Below are positions 16,696-24,968 of a DNA stretch of 64,000 bases, in pieces; positions within the stretch are counted from its first letter, which is position 1; every line of letters starts with the position of its first letter. The notes under the pieces were generated by a model. That model did no database searches and was not told the origin of the DNA. It saw only the letters and a list, made by a program, of their open reading frames with translations. The position numbers and the translations under genes are program-made. The stretch covers positions 1,692-65,691 of the forward strand of contig CABRIC010000006.1 of the NCBI GenBank assembly GCA_902470905.1, in the 5' to 3' direction. Source of the DNA: an uncultured Collinsella sp. (GTDB taxonomy: Bacteria > Actinomycetota > Coriobacteriia > Coriobacteriales > Coriobacteriaceae).

Positions 16696-17886
16696 TTACT
16701 CAATAATCGTGGAGACGATGCCCGAACCGACGGTGTGGCCACCCTCGCGGATAGCGAAGCGCAGGCCCTCCTCCATGGCGATCGGGTGGATGAGGTCGCC
16801 CTCGATGGTGATGTGGTCACCAGGCATAGCCATCTCGGTGCCCTCGGGGAGCTTGACCGTACCGGTAACATCGGTGGTACGGAAGTAGAACTGAGGACGA
16901 TAACCATCGAAGAACGGGGTGTGACGGCCGCCCTCCTCCTTGGTCAGAACGTAGATCTCGCCGGTGAACTTGGTGTGCGGGGTAACCGAACCGGGCTTGC
17001 AGAGAACCTGGCCGCGCTCGATGTCCTCACGCTTGATGCCGCGGAGCAGCAGACCGACGTTGTCGCCAGCCTCGCAGAAGTCCATGGACTTACGGAACAT
17101 CTCGATACCGGTAACGACGGTGTTCTGGGTATCCTTGATGCCGACGATCTCGACGGGCTCGTTGAGCTTGAGCTCACCGCGCTCGACACGGCCAGTAGCA
17201 ACGGTACCACGGCCGGAGATGGTCATAACGTCCTCAACGGCCATCAGGAACGGGAGGTCGTTGTTACGAGCAGGCGTCGGGATGTACTCGTCGACGGCCT
17301 TCATGAGCTCGCGAATGGCGTCCATCCACTTGGCGTCGCCCTCGAGAGCGCCCAGAGCGGAGCCACGGATGACGGGGATGTCGTCGCCGGGGAAATCGTA
17401 CTCGGAGAGGAGCTCACGGGTCTCCATCTCGACGAGGTCGATGAGCTCGTCATCGTCGACCATGTCGCACTTGTTCAGGAAGACGACGATGTAGGGAACG
17501 CCGACCTGACGGGCGAGCAGGATGTGCTCGCGGGTCTGAGCCATGGGGCCGTCGGTAGCGGCGATGACCAGGATAGCGCCGTCCATCTGAGCAGCACCAG
17601 AGATCATGTTCTTGACGTAGTCAGCGTGGCCCGGGCAGTCAACGTGAGCGTAGTGACGGGCAGCGGTCTCGTACTCAACGTGGGAGACGGAGATCGTGAT
17701 GCCGCGCTCGCGCTCCTCGGGAGCCTTGTCGATGTTCTCGAACGCAGTGAAGTCAGCCTTGCAGCCCTCGGTCTCGGAGAGAACCTTGGTGATGGCAGCG
17801 GTCAGCGTGGTCTTGCCGTGGTCGACGTGACCAATGGTGCCGATGTTAACATGCGGCTTAGTGCGCTCAAACTTCTCTTTGGCCAT
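16696..17886 (-). CDS. tuf: Elongation factor Tu
   Basis: [28 protein letters not shown]..., 396 aa. ATG 17886 follows AGAGGAGGG. Confidence 0.97.
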   Translation of the reverse strand: MAKEKFERTKPHVNIGTIGHVDHGKTTLTAAITKVLSETEGCKADFTAFENIDKAPEERERGITISVSHVEYETAARHYAHVDCPGHADYVKNMISGAAQMDGAILVIAATDGPMAQTREHILLARQVGVPYIVVFLNKCDMVDDDELIDLVEMETRELLSEYDFPGDDIPVIRGSALGALEGDAKWMDAIRELMKAVDEYIPTPARNNDLPFLMAVEDVMTISGRGTVATGRVERGELKLNEPVEIVGIKDTQNTVVTGIEMFRKSMDFCEAGDNVGLLLRGIKREDIERGQVLCKPGSVTPHTKFTGEIYVLTKEEGGRHTPFFDGYRPQFYFRTTDVTGTVKLPEGTEMAMPGDHITIEGDLIHPIAMEEGLRFAIREGGHTVGSGIVSTIIE

Positions 17887-17940
17887 AAAGCCCTCCTCTA
17901 AACAGGTCGTCCCCGGACGGGACTTTGCCTTTATACCATA

Positions 17941-17971
17941 GTGGCCTCTCAACATACTATTGAGAAGCCAC
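17941..17971 (-). other. Stem-loop between tRNA-Met and tuf (5' UTR / processing hairpin)
   Basis: GTGGCCTCTCAA-catactat-TGAGAAGCCAC. Confidence 0.3.
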
Positions 17972-17982
17972 CGTGTTACCTA

Positions 17983-18059
17983 TGGTAGCGGTGACTGGAT
18001 TCGAACCAGTGACGCCACGGGTATGAACCGTGTGCTCTAACCAACTGAGCTACACCGCC
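17983..18059 (-). tRNA. tRNA-Met (anticodon CAT)
   Basis: GGCGGTGTAGCTCAGTTGGTTAGAGCACACGGTTCATACCCGTG...TTCGAATCC...CCGCTACCA. Anticodon loop is TTCATAC. Confidence 0.85.
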
Positions 18060-18062
18060 GGA

Positions 18063-18138
18063 TGGAGCCTGCAACCAGACTTGAACTGGTGACCTCTTCG
18101 TTACCAACGAAGTGCTCTACCGACTGAGCTATACAGGC
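18063..18138 (-). tRNA. tRNA-Thr (anticodon GGT)
   Basis: GCCTGTATAGCTCAGTCGGTAGAGCACTTCGTTGGTAACGAAG...TTCAAGTC...GCAGGCTCCA. Anticodon loop is TTGGTAA. Confidence 0.9.
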
Positions 18139-18148
18139 ACTTGACGGG

Positions 18149-18230
18149 TGGGAGCTATAGGATTCGAACCTATGTAGGCAGAGCCAACGGGTTTACAGCC
18201 CGTCCCCATTAACCACTCGGGCAAACTCCC
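18149..18230 (-). tRNA. tRNA-Tyr (anticodon GTA), long variable arm, CCA not encoded
   Basis: GGGAGTTTGCCCGAGTGGTTAATGGGGACGGGCTGTAAACCCGT + 13-nt variable arm + ATAGGTTCGAATCCTAT + AGCTCCCA. Confidence 0.9.
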
Positions 18231-18292
18231 AATCGTTCAAGTATCCGCAGGTCCTTTGGTCTTTTGGACCGCCGCCCCCGCGAACGAAAAAG

Positions 18293-18322
18293 ATAATACG
18301 ATGCAACCTTGGGGGCTGTCAA
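18293..18322 (-). promoter_or_regulatory. Candidate promoter of the tRNA-Tyr/Thr/Met-tuf transcription unit
   Basis: Minus strand TTGACA (18322-18317), 18 nt, TATTAT (18298-18293), about 60 nt upstream of tRNA-Tyr. Confidence 0.5.
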
Positions 18323-18570
18323 CGAAAACCTCTAGATACACGGCCCCGGGCGTATCTATATAAGCGTGACCTGCGGTTTTGTTGAGTTTGGATATGAAGG
18401 ACAGTGGTTTTGGCTGCGCTGGTGACATTTCCCGAGGTAACACTTTGGTGTAGTGGAGTACACCTTCAGTATCGAACTTCGATACCGGCTTAATTGCACC
18501 TATATATAGCTCGAGATCGGGGCTTCCTGGCTTGACCGAGCGTGGATGACTAGAGCCGGTCCGGCCTTTG

Positions 18571-18786
18571 TCTCGATCTGTAACGTCTAGAGAACATTTT
18601 CTCCCCAATCTGTTACAGATTGAGATATTACGCAGAGACCCCAGCTCGCGTCTCATTCTGTAACAGTTAGATAGGTTTTCCTCCCCTATCTGTTATAGAT
18701 CGAGATGTTTTTCTGCTAGCACCTGGCATTGTCTCGATCTGTAACAGTTAGAAACGATTAAACCGTCTTGGTGTTACAGATTGAGA
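18571..18786. repeat. Three tandem ~80-bp units, each a 14-16-nt inverted repeat separated by exactly 27 nt
   Basis: Left arms TCTCGATCTGTAAC (18571), TCTCATTCTGTAAC (18651), TCTCGATCTGTAAC (18732). Right arms GTTACAGATTGAGA (18612), GTTATAGATCGAGA (18692), GTTACAGATTGAGA (18773). Confidence 0.9.
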
Positions 18787-18828
18787 CAAATTGGGGAACG
18801 AGACGGACGCCGAGCCTGATAACTCGCC

Positions 18829-18869
18829 AAAAAAAGAAACGGACTCTGTCCCATATAGAGACAGAGCCC
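18829..18869 (-). terminator. Rho-independent terminator after tRNA-Thr(TGT)
   Basis: Minus strand GGGCTCTGTC-tctatatgg-GACAGAGTCC followed by GTTTCTTTTTTT. Confidence 0.8.
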
Positions 18870-18879
18870 GAAACTCTCA

Positions 18880-18954
18880 TGGAGCCAGTGACAGGAATCG
18901 AACCTGCAACCCACTGATTACAAATCAGTTGCGCTACCGTTGCGCCACACTGGC
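18880..18954 (-). tRNA. tRNA-Thr (anticodon TGT)
   Basis: GCCAGTGTGGCGCAACGGTAGCGCAACTGATTTGTAATCAGT...GGTTCGATTCC...CACTGGCTCCA. Anticodon loop is TTTGTAA. Confidence 0.9.
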
Positions 18955-19104
18955 ACACTTGGCGCTTTCGCGCGAAGCCAGTTAAGAATAAAGGAATTGC
19001 GGACGGGGCGCAACAGGCCGCACGGCGTTATACAAATATGCAAAATCCAGCAACAACGCGTACCAGGCCCGTTCATTTCTGTCAGTGCGCCCTCAATCTT
19101 AAAA

Positions 19105-19170
19105 CCATTCGTCAGAACGAATAGTTTTAATTACAATTGCTATATATAAAACTATTCGTTTTGACGAAGG
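19105..19170. promoter_or_regulatory. 24-bp inverted repeat spanning the promoter/RBS region of the HTH-HipA-like gene
   Basis: CCATTCGTCAGAACGAATAGTTTTA (19105-19129), 17 nt AT-rich spacer, TAAAACTATTCGTTTTGACGAAGG (19147-19170). The right arm contains the GAAGG RBS. Confidence 0.7.
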
Positions 19171-19178
19171 GTTTCGTG

Positions 19179-20519
19179 ATGCTTACTACCAAGGAAGCAG
19201 CCGAGCTGCTCGGCATCACCCCGCGCAGGGTGCAGGAGCTCATTAAGAACGGCGCGCTGACCGCCCGCAAGGCTTCTGGTGTATGGCTCATCGACAAAGA
19301 CAGCGTCGACACGCGACTCCGCTCCGTGACCAAAACGGGGGGACGTCCCCGCCGCGGCCACGGTAAGAGCGAGATCGCGTTCACCCTCATGAACCGCACG
19401 TACGAAGTCGCTCAGCTGGTCTACAGCACATCGCGAAAAGACTTTACCCACATCGGTGCCGACATCGATTACGCCCACGCCCCTATTGGAGTATTTGGCC
19501 CTAATAGCCCCATATCGCTCGACTCCTTCCGCATCTGGTGGCGCGGCCGCGGTATCCCGCTCGCACGCATTGGGCTAGCCTCCCTGCTTGCAGAAGCCGC
19601 AGTCGATGTTCCCGATGAACTCGTCCAGCGAAATCTCGGCCTCTCCCTATCCGACCAGTATTGGATTAGACCCCAAGACTCCGGCCTCGCCTGGGAAGAT
19701 ATTAATTTCTTCAATAATGCCTTTGATGACGTCTCGCTAACCATTGCACCCTTCGCCCCAGAGGGTAAAGCAGCCGCCGCAAAACCCGATAACACCTCGG
19801 ACGGCAATCTTCAAAAGTACTGGACATGCGAGGACGGGCGTCGAATTCTGCATAAGGCAGGAGCGCACCTGAACCAGGAACCTTATAACGAGCTGGTGGC
19901 GACCACGCTCCACCGTCGCATCCTAAACACCTGCGATTATGTGCCTTACTCGCTCGAGGGCACGGGCACTTCCGCCCTGAGCATATGCGATGTCTTCTTA
20001 ACTGATGAAGAAGAGTATGTCCCCGCGTTCTATGTAAACCAGTACGCGAACGCAGGTGAACGACTAACCGACTACGAGCGATACGTAGCAAACTGCGAGG
20101 AGCTCGGGGTGACAGGCGTCAAGGATGCCCTTGACCGCATGATCGTATGCGATGACATCATTGCCAACTATGATCGCCATTGGCGCAACTTTGGCCTCGT
20201 GCGAAACGTCAACTCACTGGTCTGCAGACCAGCCCCCATCTTCGATTCGGGCTCATCACTCTGGTGCAACATTTCTCTTGAGGAGCTTCGGGCAGGAGAG
20301 CACAGTTTTACCAGCGCACAATTTCATTCAAGCCCCGCCAAACAAATGTTGCTCGTCGAGGACATGGGCTGGTTTGACGGGGACAAATTCGAAGGCTTCG
20401 TTGACGAGGCAATCGAGATTCTGTCTAAAAACGATGCTCTAACAGCGAGACTGCCTTATCTAAAAGAGGCGCTAACGTGGCGCCTCAAAAGAATGATCGA
20501 CATCGCTGAATGGAGTTAG
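19179..20519 (+). CDS. Monocistronic HipA-homologous Ser/Thr kinase with N-terminal excisionase/MerR-like HTH (YjjJ/HipH-like)
   Basis: ATG 19179 lies 7 nt after GAAGGG. N-terminus LTTKEAAELLGITPRRVQELIKNGALTARKASGVWLIDKDSV is an HTH_17-like motif. WWRGRGIPLAR...LSLSDQYWIRP and catalytic IANYDRHWRNFGL match the HipA_C kinase core. GC content is visibly lower than the flanks. Confidence 0.75.
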   Translation: MLTTKEAAELLGITPRRVQELIKNGALTARKASGVWLIDKDSVDTRLRSVTKTGGRPRRGHGKSEIAFTLMNRTYEVAQLVYSTSRKDFTHIGADIDYAHAPIGVFGPNSPISLDSFRIWWRGRGIPLARIGLASLLAEAAVDVPDELVQRNLGLSLSDQYWIRPQDSGLAWEDINFFNNAFDDVSLTIAPFAPEGKAAAAKPDNTSDGNLQKYWTCEDGRRILHKAGAHLNQEPYNELVATTLHRRILNTCDYVPYSLEGTGTSALSICDVFLTDEEEYVPAFYVNQYANAGERLTDYERYVANCEELGVTGVKDALDRMIVCDDIIANYDRHWRNFGLVRNVNSLVCRPAPIFDSGSSLWCNISLEELRAGEHSFTSAQFHSSPAKQMLLVEDMGWFDGDKFEGFVDEAIEILSKNDALTARLPYLKEALTWRLKRMIDIAEWS

Positions 20520-20546
20520 CGAGACAGCATCGCCCCGCCAACTCCC

Positions 20547-21224
20547 CTACCTCCCGCGGAGGGCCTTGAGCTTGGCCAGGGCATCGGGACTCAGGCGGCT
20601 GCCCAGAGTCATCTTGATCTGCGGAGCTTCCTCTGCCTCGTGAACGTCGTTATCGATCTGTTTGATCTCGTCCACCAGCATACGGCTCGAGATGCGCGTG
20701 ACGCCCTTGCCCATGACGACAGCCTGGATCGTGCCGTCGCTCGATACCACGGAGCATGCGCGGCCTTCCTCGCGTGCCTCAATGCAGAGCTTCTGCACCA
20801 CGGTATCGGCCGAAACACCCGTCGGCGAAAACTCGATGCGCACGCCACGGGCCGGCAGATTGAGGCGCTCGCTGGAGATATTGCCCGCGCCGTCAAATAC
20901 GATCACGGCCTCGTAGCGGCCCTGGGCAAACGCAGCTACGTCATTAATGAGCGCCGTGCGCGCCATATCGTGAACGTCGCTGGAATACGGATCGTCGGAA
21001 TAGTCGTACACGAGCTTTTCGTAGCGCGGCGTGCAGTGGATCACGTTGTAACCGTCGACCACCAGCAGCTCGGGCTTGTCGGAGTGCACCGTCGAGACTG
21101 GGTCGGCGATAGCCTGCGCAAACGCATTGCCGCCCACGCCGTAGGTCGCGGCCGAAACAATCGGCTTGGCCGAGCCCTCGCCAAAGCGCTTGGCCTTGGA
21201 CTTGGCGCGGTTCTTCTTGGACAT
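20547..21224 (-). CDS. yacP: NYN-domain ribonuclease, YacP/Rae1-like
   Basis: ELLVVDGYNVIH...AVIVFDGAGN...GVRIEFSPTGVSADTVV matches the YacP family. Conserved position after rlmB. Confidence 0.75.
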   Translation of the reverse strand: MSKKNRAKSKAKRFGEGSAKPIVSAATYGVGGNAFAQAIADPVSTVHSDKPELLVVDGYNVIHCTPRYEKLVYDYSDDPYSSDVHDMARTALINDVAAFAQGRYEAVIVFDGAGNISSERLNLPARGVRIEFSPTGVSADTVVQKLCIEAREEGRACSVVSSDGTIQAVVMGKGVTRISSRMLVDEIKQIDNDVHEAEEAPQIKMTLGSRLSPDALAKLKALRGR

Positions 21225-21227
21225 GCG

Positions 21228-22142
21228 CTACTCCTCCCCCATGAGCTCGCCGGCGTTGCGGCGCAGCCACTCAAAGCACAGCGCCGTGGTCGCCTGGGCA
21301 ACATTGAGGCTCTCGGTCATGCCGCGCTGGGGAAGCTTGGTCAAAAAGTCGCATTTCTCGAGCACCAGGCGCGAGATGCCGTCGCCCTCGGAACCCATGA
21401 CGAGTGCCACGCGGCCCTCGAAGGGGGCATCCCAGCAGCTGCCCTCGGCGTGCTCAGAGGCACCGCCCACCCAAAAACCGGCGGCTTTGAGGTCATCGAG
21501 CGCACGAGCGATATTGGGGACCTGCGCGATGGGCAGATGCATGACGGCGCCGGCAGAAGTCTTGTAGCTACCCACCGTTACGCCGGCGGCTCGTTTGTTG
21601 GCGATGATGACGCCCGCTGCGCCCACAACCTCGGCAGAGCGCACGATGGCGCCAAAGTTACCGTCGTCGGTCACATGGTCGAGCACAACGACAAGCGCCG
21701 GACCGTCGCCCGCGCGGTCGAGGATGTCGGCGACATCGGCATAGGGGAAGTTGCCAACCTCGAGCGCAATGCCCTGGTGAGCGCCATGGCTCGACAGCGC
21801 ATCGAGCTGCGCGCGCGGCACATACTTAATGCGGACACCCGCGGCGTAGAGGTCGTCGACCAGGCGCGACAAGGCGACATCGCGCTCCCCGCCCTCGGCA
21901 ATGAGCGCGCACTTGATGGGAAAACCAGTGCGTAGCGCCTCGGCGGCAGCACGACGACCTTCGATAAACTCGCCCTTGGGAGCCTGGACAGCGTCGCGGT
22001 TGCGATCGCGCTGCGGACGTGCGGCATGAGTGCGATCACGCTGGCCCTTGGGAGCGGCAGCGCGGTCATTGCGGCGAATCGGACGCGAGCCAGAAGCGGC
22101 CTGCTTGCCGCCACGAGGCGCACGCTTGCGATTGTCGGCCAT
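21228..22142 (-). CDS. rlmB: 23S rRNA (guanosine-2'-O)-methyltransferase RlmB (TrmH/SpoU family)
   Basis: ATG 22142 after AAGGAGG. Basic N-terminal tail, SpoU substrate-binding region, and C-terminal SPOUT motifs (VLDHVTDDGNFGAIVRSA, LVMGSEGDGIS, IPQRGMTESLNV). Confidence 0.85.
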   Translation of the reverse strand: MADNRKRAPRGGKQAASGSRPIRRNDRAAAPKGQRDRTHAARPQRDRNRDAVQAPKGEFIEGRRAAAEALRTGFPIKCALIAEGGERDVALSRLVDDLYAAGVRIKYVPRAQLDALSSHGAHQGIALEVGNFPYADVADILDRAGDGPALVVVLDHVTDDGNFGAIVRSAEVVGAAGVIIANKRAAGVTVGSYKTSAGAVMHLPIAQVPNIARALDDLKAAGFWVGGASEHAEGSCWDAPFEGRVALVMGSEGDGISRLVLEKCDFLTKLPQRGMTESLNVAQATTALCFEWLRRNAGELMGEE

Positions 22143-22285
22143 AAAACGGCCTCCTTTAATAGATAACGAACAAGAATCGACCGTCCGAGCCACGGCACCC
22201 TGCCTTTCAATCGTCGGGCATGACCACCAGGTCTATGCCCTCCTCTTTCAAGGCAATCTGCCGCACCTCGAACGGTCGACAAATA

Positions 22286-23752
22286 CTAGAGACTCTTAAT
22301 ACGAGTGCCGGCGGCGGTATCCTCGATCGTCAGCCCGAGGTCCTTGAGCTGGTCGCGGATGGCATCTGCCAGATCCCAGTTCTTGGCGGCACGGGCCTCG
22401 GCACGAGCCTCGAGAATCTTGGCAGCGGCCTCGTCCACGTCGTCACCCGTGTAGGCAACCAAACCGGCGGCAACGCCCAGCAGGCCCAGCGGCAGCTCGA
22501 CCTTGGGCTCGGGAAGCTCGACGCCAAGCGTATCGAGCAGCTCGGTCAGCGTGTCGGCGGCGGCAAGCGCGGCGGCCTTGTCGGCAGCGTCGCCCGCCTG
22601 CTCCAGGTACTGGTTGCACTCGGTCACAAAGCCAAAGACGGCACCCATGGCACCAGCGGTGTTAAAGTCGTCGTCCATGCACTCCTTAAAGGTGGCACGG
22701 GTCTCGGCGGCCTTGGCGGCAAACGCCTCGGATGCTGCCTCATCGGCATCGGCCGTCGCATGGTTCGCGGCCCAGCGAAGGTTCTCGACCGTACCGGCGA
22801 TACGCGTGAGCGAGTTCTCGGCACCCTCCAGGCGCTCCCAAGAAAAGTCGAGCGGCGAGCGATAGCTCGTCTGCAGCATCAGCAGGCGCAGGGCGGCAGC
22901 GGAGTGCTGCTCGAGGACCTCGGCCAGCGTAAAGAAGTTGCCGAGCGACTTGGACATCTTCTCGCCGTCTACCAGCAGCATGCCCGTGTGCATCCAGGTG
23001 TTGGAGAAGCCCTGGTGCCAGGCGCAGGTGGCCTGAGCGCACTCGTTCTCGTGATGCGGGAAGGCAAGGTCGGAGCCGCCGCCGTGGATGTCGATCGGAG
23101 TGCCCAGGTAGCGATGCACCATGGCGGCGCACTCGGTGTGCCAACCGGGACGGCCCTCGCCCCAGGGGCTCGGCCAGCTGGGCTCGCCGGGCTTGGCGGC
23201 CTTCCACAGGGCAAAGTCGAGCGGGTCGTTCTTGTCCTCGTTCTCCTCAATGCGTGCGCCAACCATAAGGTCGTCGATGTTGCGGCCCGAGACCTGACCA
23301 TAGTTGGGATCGCTGCGCACGGCAAAGTACACATCGCCGTTATCGGCTGCGTAAGCGTGGCCCTGCTCGATAAGCGTCTTGATCATGGCGATCATGGGGC
23401 CGATCTCCTTGGTGGCGCGGGGGCGCACATCGGGATCGAGCACGTTGGCGGCGCGCATGACGCCGATGAACTTGTCGGAGAACTCCGTCGCGACCTCGGC
23501 GGCCGTACGGCCCTGCTCGTTGGCGCGCTTGATGATCTTGTCGTCGACATCGGTGAGGTTCTGGACGAACGTGACCTCGTAACCGCTCGCGATGAGCCAG
23601 CGGCGAATCACGTCAAAGCTGATGAACGTACGGGCGTTGCCGATGTGGATGTTGTCGTAGACCGTGGGGCCGCACACGTACATGCGGACCTTGCCGGACT
23701 CGATGGGCTGGAACTCTTCCTTTTTATGGGTAGCGCTGTTGTAGATACGCAT
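22286..23752 (-). CDS. cysS: Cysteine--tRNA ligase
   Basis: MYVCGPTVYDNIHIGNART (HIGH region), KMSKS present, 488 aa. Confidence 0.95.
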   Translation of the reverse strand: MRIYNSATHKKEEFQPIESGKVRMYVCGPTVYDNIHIGNARTFISFDVIRRWLIASGYEVTFVQNLTDVDDKIIKRANEQGRTAAEVATEFSDKFIGVMRAANVLDPDVRPRATKEIGPMIAMIKTLIEQGHAYAADNGDVYFAVRSDPNYGQVSGRNIDDLMVGARIEENEDKNDPLDFALWKAAKPGEPSWPSPWGEGRPGWHTECAAMVHRYLGTPIDIHGGGSDLAFPHHENECAQATCAWHQGFSNTWMHTGMLLVDGEKMSKSLGNFFTLAEVLEQHSAAALRLLMLQTSYRSPLDFSWERLEGAENSLTRIAGTVENLRWAANHATADADEAASEAFAAKAAETRATFKECMDDDFNTAGAMGAVFGFVTECNQYLEQAGDAADKAAALAAADTLTELLDTLGVELPEPKVELPLGLLGVAAGLVAYTGDDVDEAAAKILEARAEARAAKNWDLADAIRDQLKDLGLTIEDTAAGTRIKSL

Positions 23753-23755
23753 TCG

Positions 23756-24250
23756 TTACTCCTTAACGGTTTTCTGTAGCAGGCAGACGGCCCAGGCGCC
23801 GATTCCCTCGCCCTGGCCTTCCCAACCGAGCTTTTCGGTCGTAGTGGCGGCGACGCCCACGTTTTCGACGTCAACGCCCAGGGCATGGGCAAGGTTGGCG
23901 CGCATGGCATCGCGGTGCGGGGTGATCTTGGGTTGCTGACAGGCAATGGTGCAATCGGCATCGACAAACTCAAAGCCCAGCTCGCGCGCATAGTCCATCA
24001 CGCGAGCGAGCAGCACCATCGAATCGGCACCCTCATAGGCGGGGTCGGTATCGGGGAATAGCTTGCCGATGTCTCCCCCGCGGCAGGCGCCCAGAATAGC
24101 GTCGGCCAAGGCGTGCGCGAGCACATCGGCATCCGAGTGGCCCAGCAGGCCGCGCTCATAGGGAATGTCGACACCGCCGATGATACATCGACGCCCCTCC
24201 ACCAGACGGTGGACGTCGTAGCCATGGCCAATGCGCAGGTTACTGAACAT
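23756..24250 (-). CDS. ispF: 2-C-methyl-D-erythritol 2,4-cyclodiphosphate synthase
   Basis: RIGHGYDVHRL...GHSDADVLAHA...FPDTDP are the IspF signatures. ATG 24250 overlaps the ispD 3' end. Confidence 0.93.
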   Translation of the reverse strand: MFSNLRIGHGYDVHRLVEGRRCIIGGVDIPYERGLLGHSDADVLAHALADAILGACRGGDIGKLFPDTDPAYEGADSMVLLARVMDYARELGFEFVDADCTIACQQPKITPHRDAMRANLAHALGVDVENVGVAATTTEKLGWEGQGEGIGAWAVCLLQKTVKE

Positions 24251-24968
24251 GGGGAAGGTCCTCTCCCTCGGCCATGCGGCCAAGCAGAATCGCGGTTACG
24301 GGACGCAGGTCCTCGGGCACCGTCACCTTAAGGTTATCGCGCGGGCTCTGGACGCAGCGGACGCGCCCACCCATGCGCTCGACCAGCGATGAATCGTCGG
24401 TGCCGATAAAGCCCTCGGCAATGGCTGCAGCGTGGGCGCGCTTCATAGCATCGACGCTAAAGATCTGCGGCGTCTGCGCAGCCCAGTAGAGCTCACGCGG
24501 CGGCGTCTCGACGATGTTGTCGCCATCGACGATCTTGAGCGTGTCGATCGCGGGCTGGCCGCACACGACACCGTCGAGCGAGCGGTCGCTCACGAGCACG
24601 TCGATAGCGTGGTCGATGGCCTCGGTCGTAATGAGCGGACGAGCGCCATCGTGAATGGCGACGTATTCAAAGCCCGCCGGAACCGCATGCACGCCGGCAC
24701 GGGTGGAATCCTGACGGGTATCGCCGGCATCGGCAATGCTGATGGGCGTGTCATAGTCAAACGGGTCGATGGCCAGGCGGCGCATCTCGGCACGACGCTC
24801 GGCAGGGCAAACCACGACGATGTGGCCGACCTTATCGCTCCGATCGAACGCGCGGATGGACCAGCTCATAAGCGGACGGCCCGCTACATTGACGAGCTGC
24901 TTGCCACCGGGGTTACCAAAGCGCTGGCCGCTGCCACCGGCAACGACCACGGCGCATACGGGCGCCAT
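24240..24968 (-). CDS. ispD: 2-C-methyl-D-erythritol 4-phosphate cytidylyltransferase
   Basis: AVVVAGGSGQRFG...KQL..., VAIHDGARP, 242 aa. Adjacent to ispF. Confidence 0.92.
   Translation of the reverse strand: MAPVCAVVVAGGSGQRFGNPGGKQLVNVAGRPLMSWSIRAFDRSDKVGHIVVVCPAERRAEMRRLAIDPFDYDTPISIADAGDTRQDSTRAGVHAVPAGFEYVAIHDGARPLITTEAIDHAIDVLVSDRSLDGVVCGQPAIDTLKIVDGDNIVETPPRELYWAAQTPQIFSVDAMKRAHAAAIAEGFIGTDDSSLVERMGGRVRCVQSPRDNLKVTVPEDLRPVTAILLGRMAEGEDLPHVQ

Noticed and set aside
18237-18656. 139-aa minus-strand ORF in the low-GC spacer upstream of tRNA-Tyr. It starts inside hairpin unit 2 and ends 7 nt from the tRNA.
   Set aside because: It is not accepted as a gene. It has no RBS and no recognisable motif, and GC3 is about 54% over the sampled 35 C-terminal codons versus much higher in neighbouring genes. 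It runs straight through the best promoter candidate for the tRNA-tuf unit. An open frame of this length in ~50% GC DNA is nevertheless unusual, so a decayed or foreign gene cannot be excluded. A database search of the translation would settle it.
18571-18786. Considered whether the three repeats form a small CRISPR array.
   Set aside because: The repeated 14-mers alternate in orientation (inverted, not direct). There are only three units. The 27-nt inter-arm segments of units 1 and 2 are related to each other rather than being unique spacers. No cas genes are present in the window.
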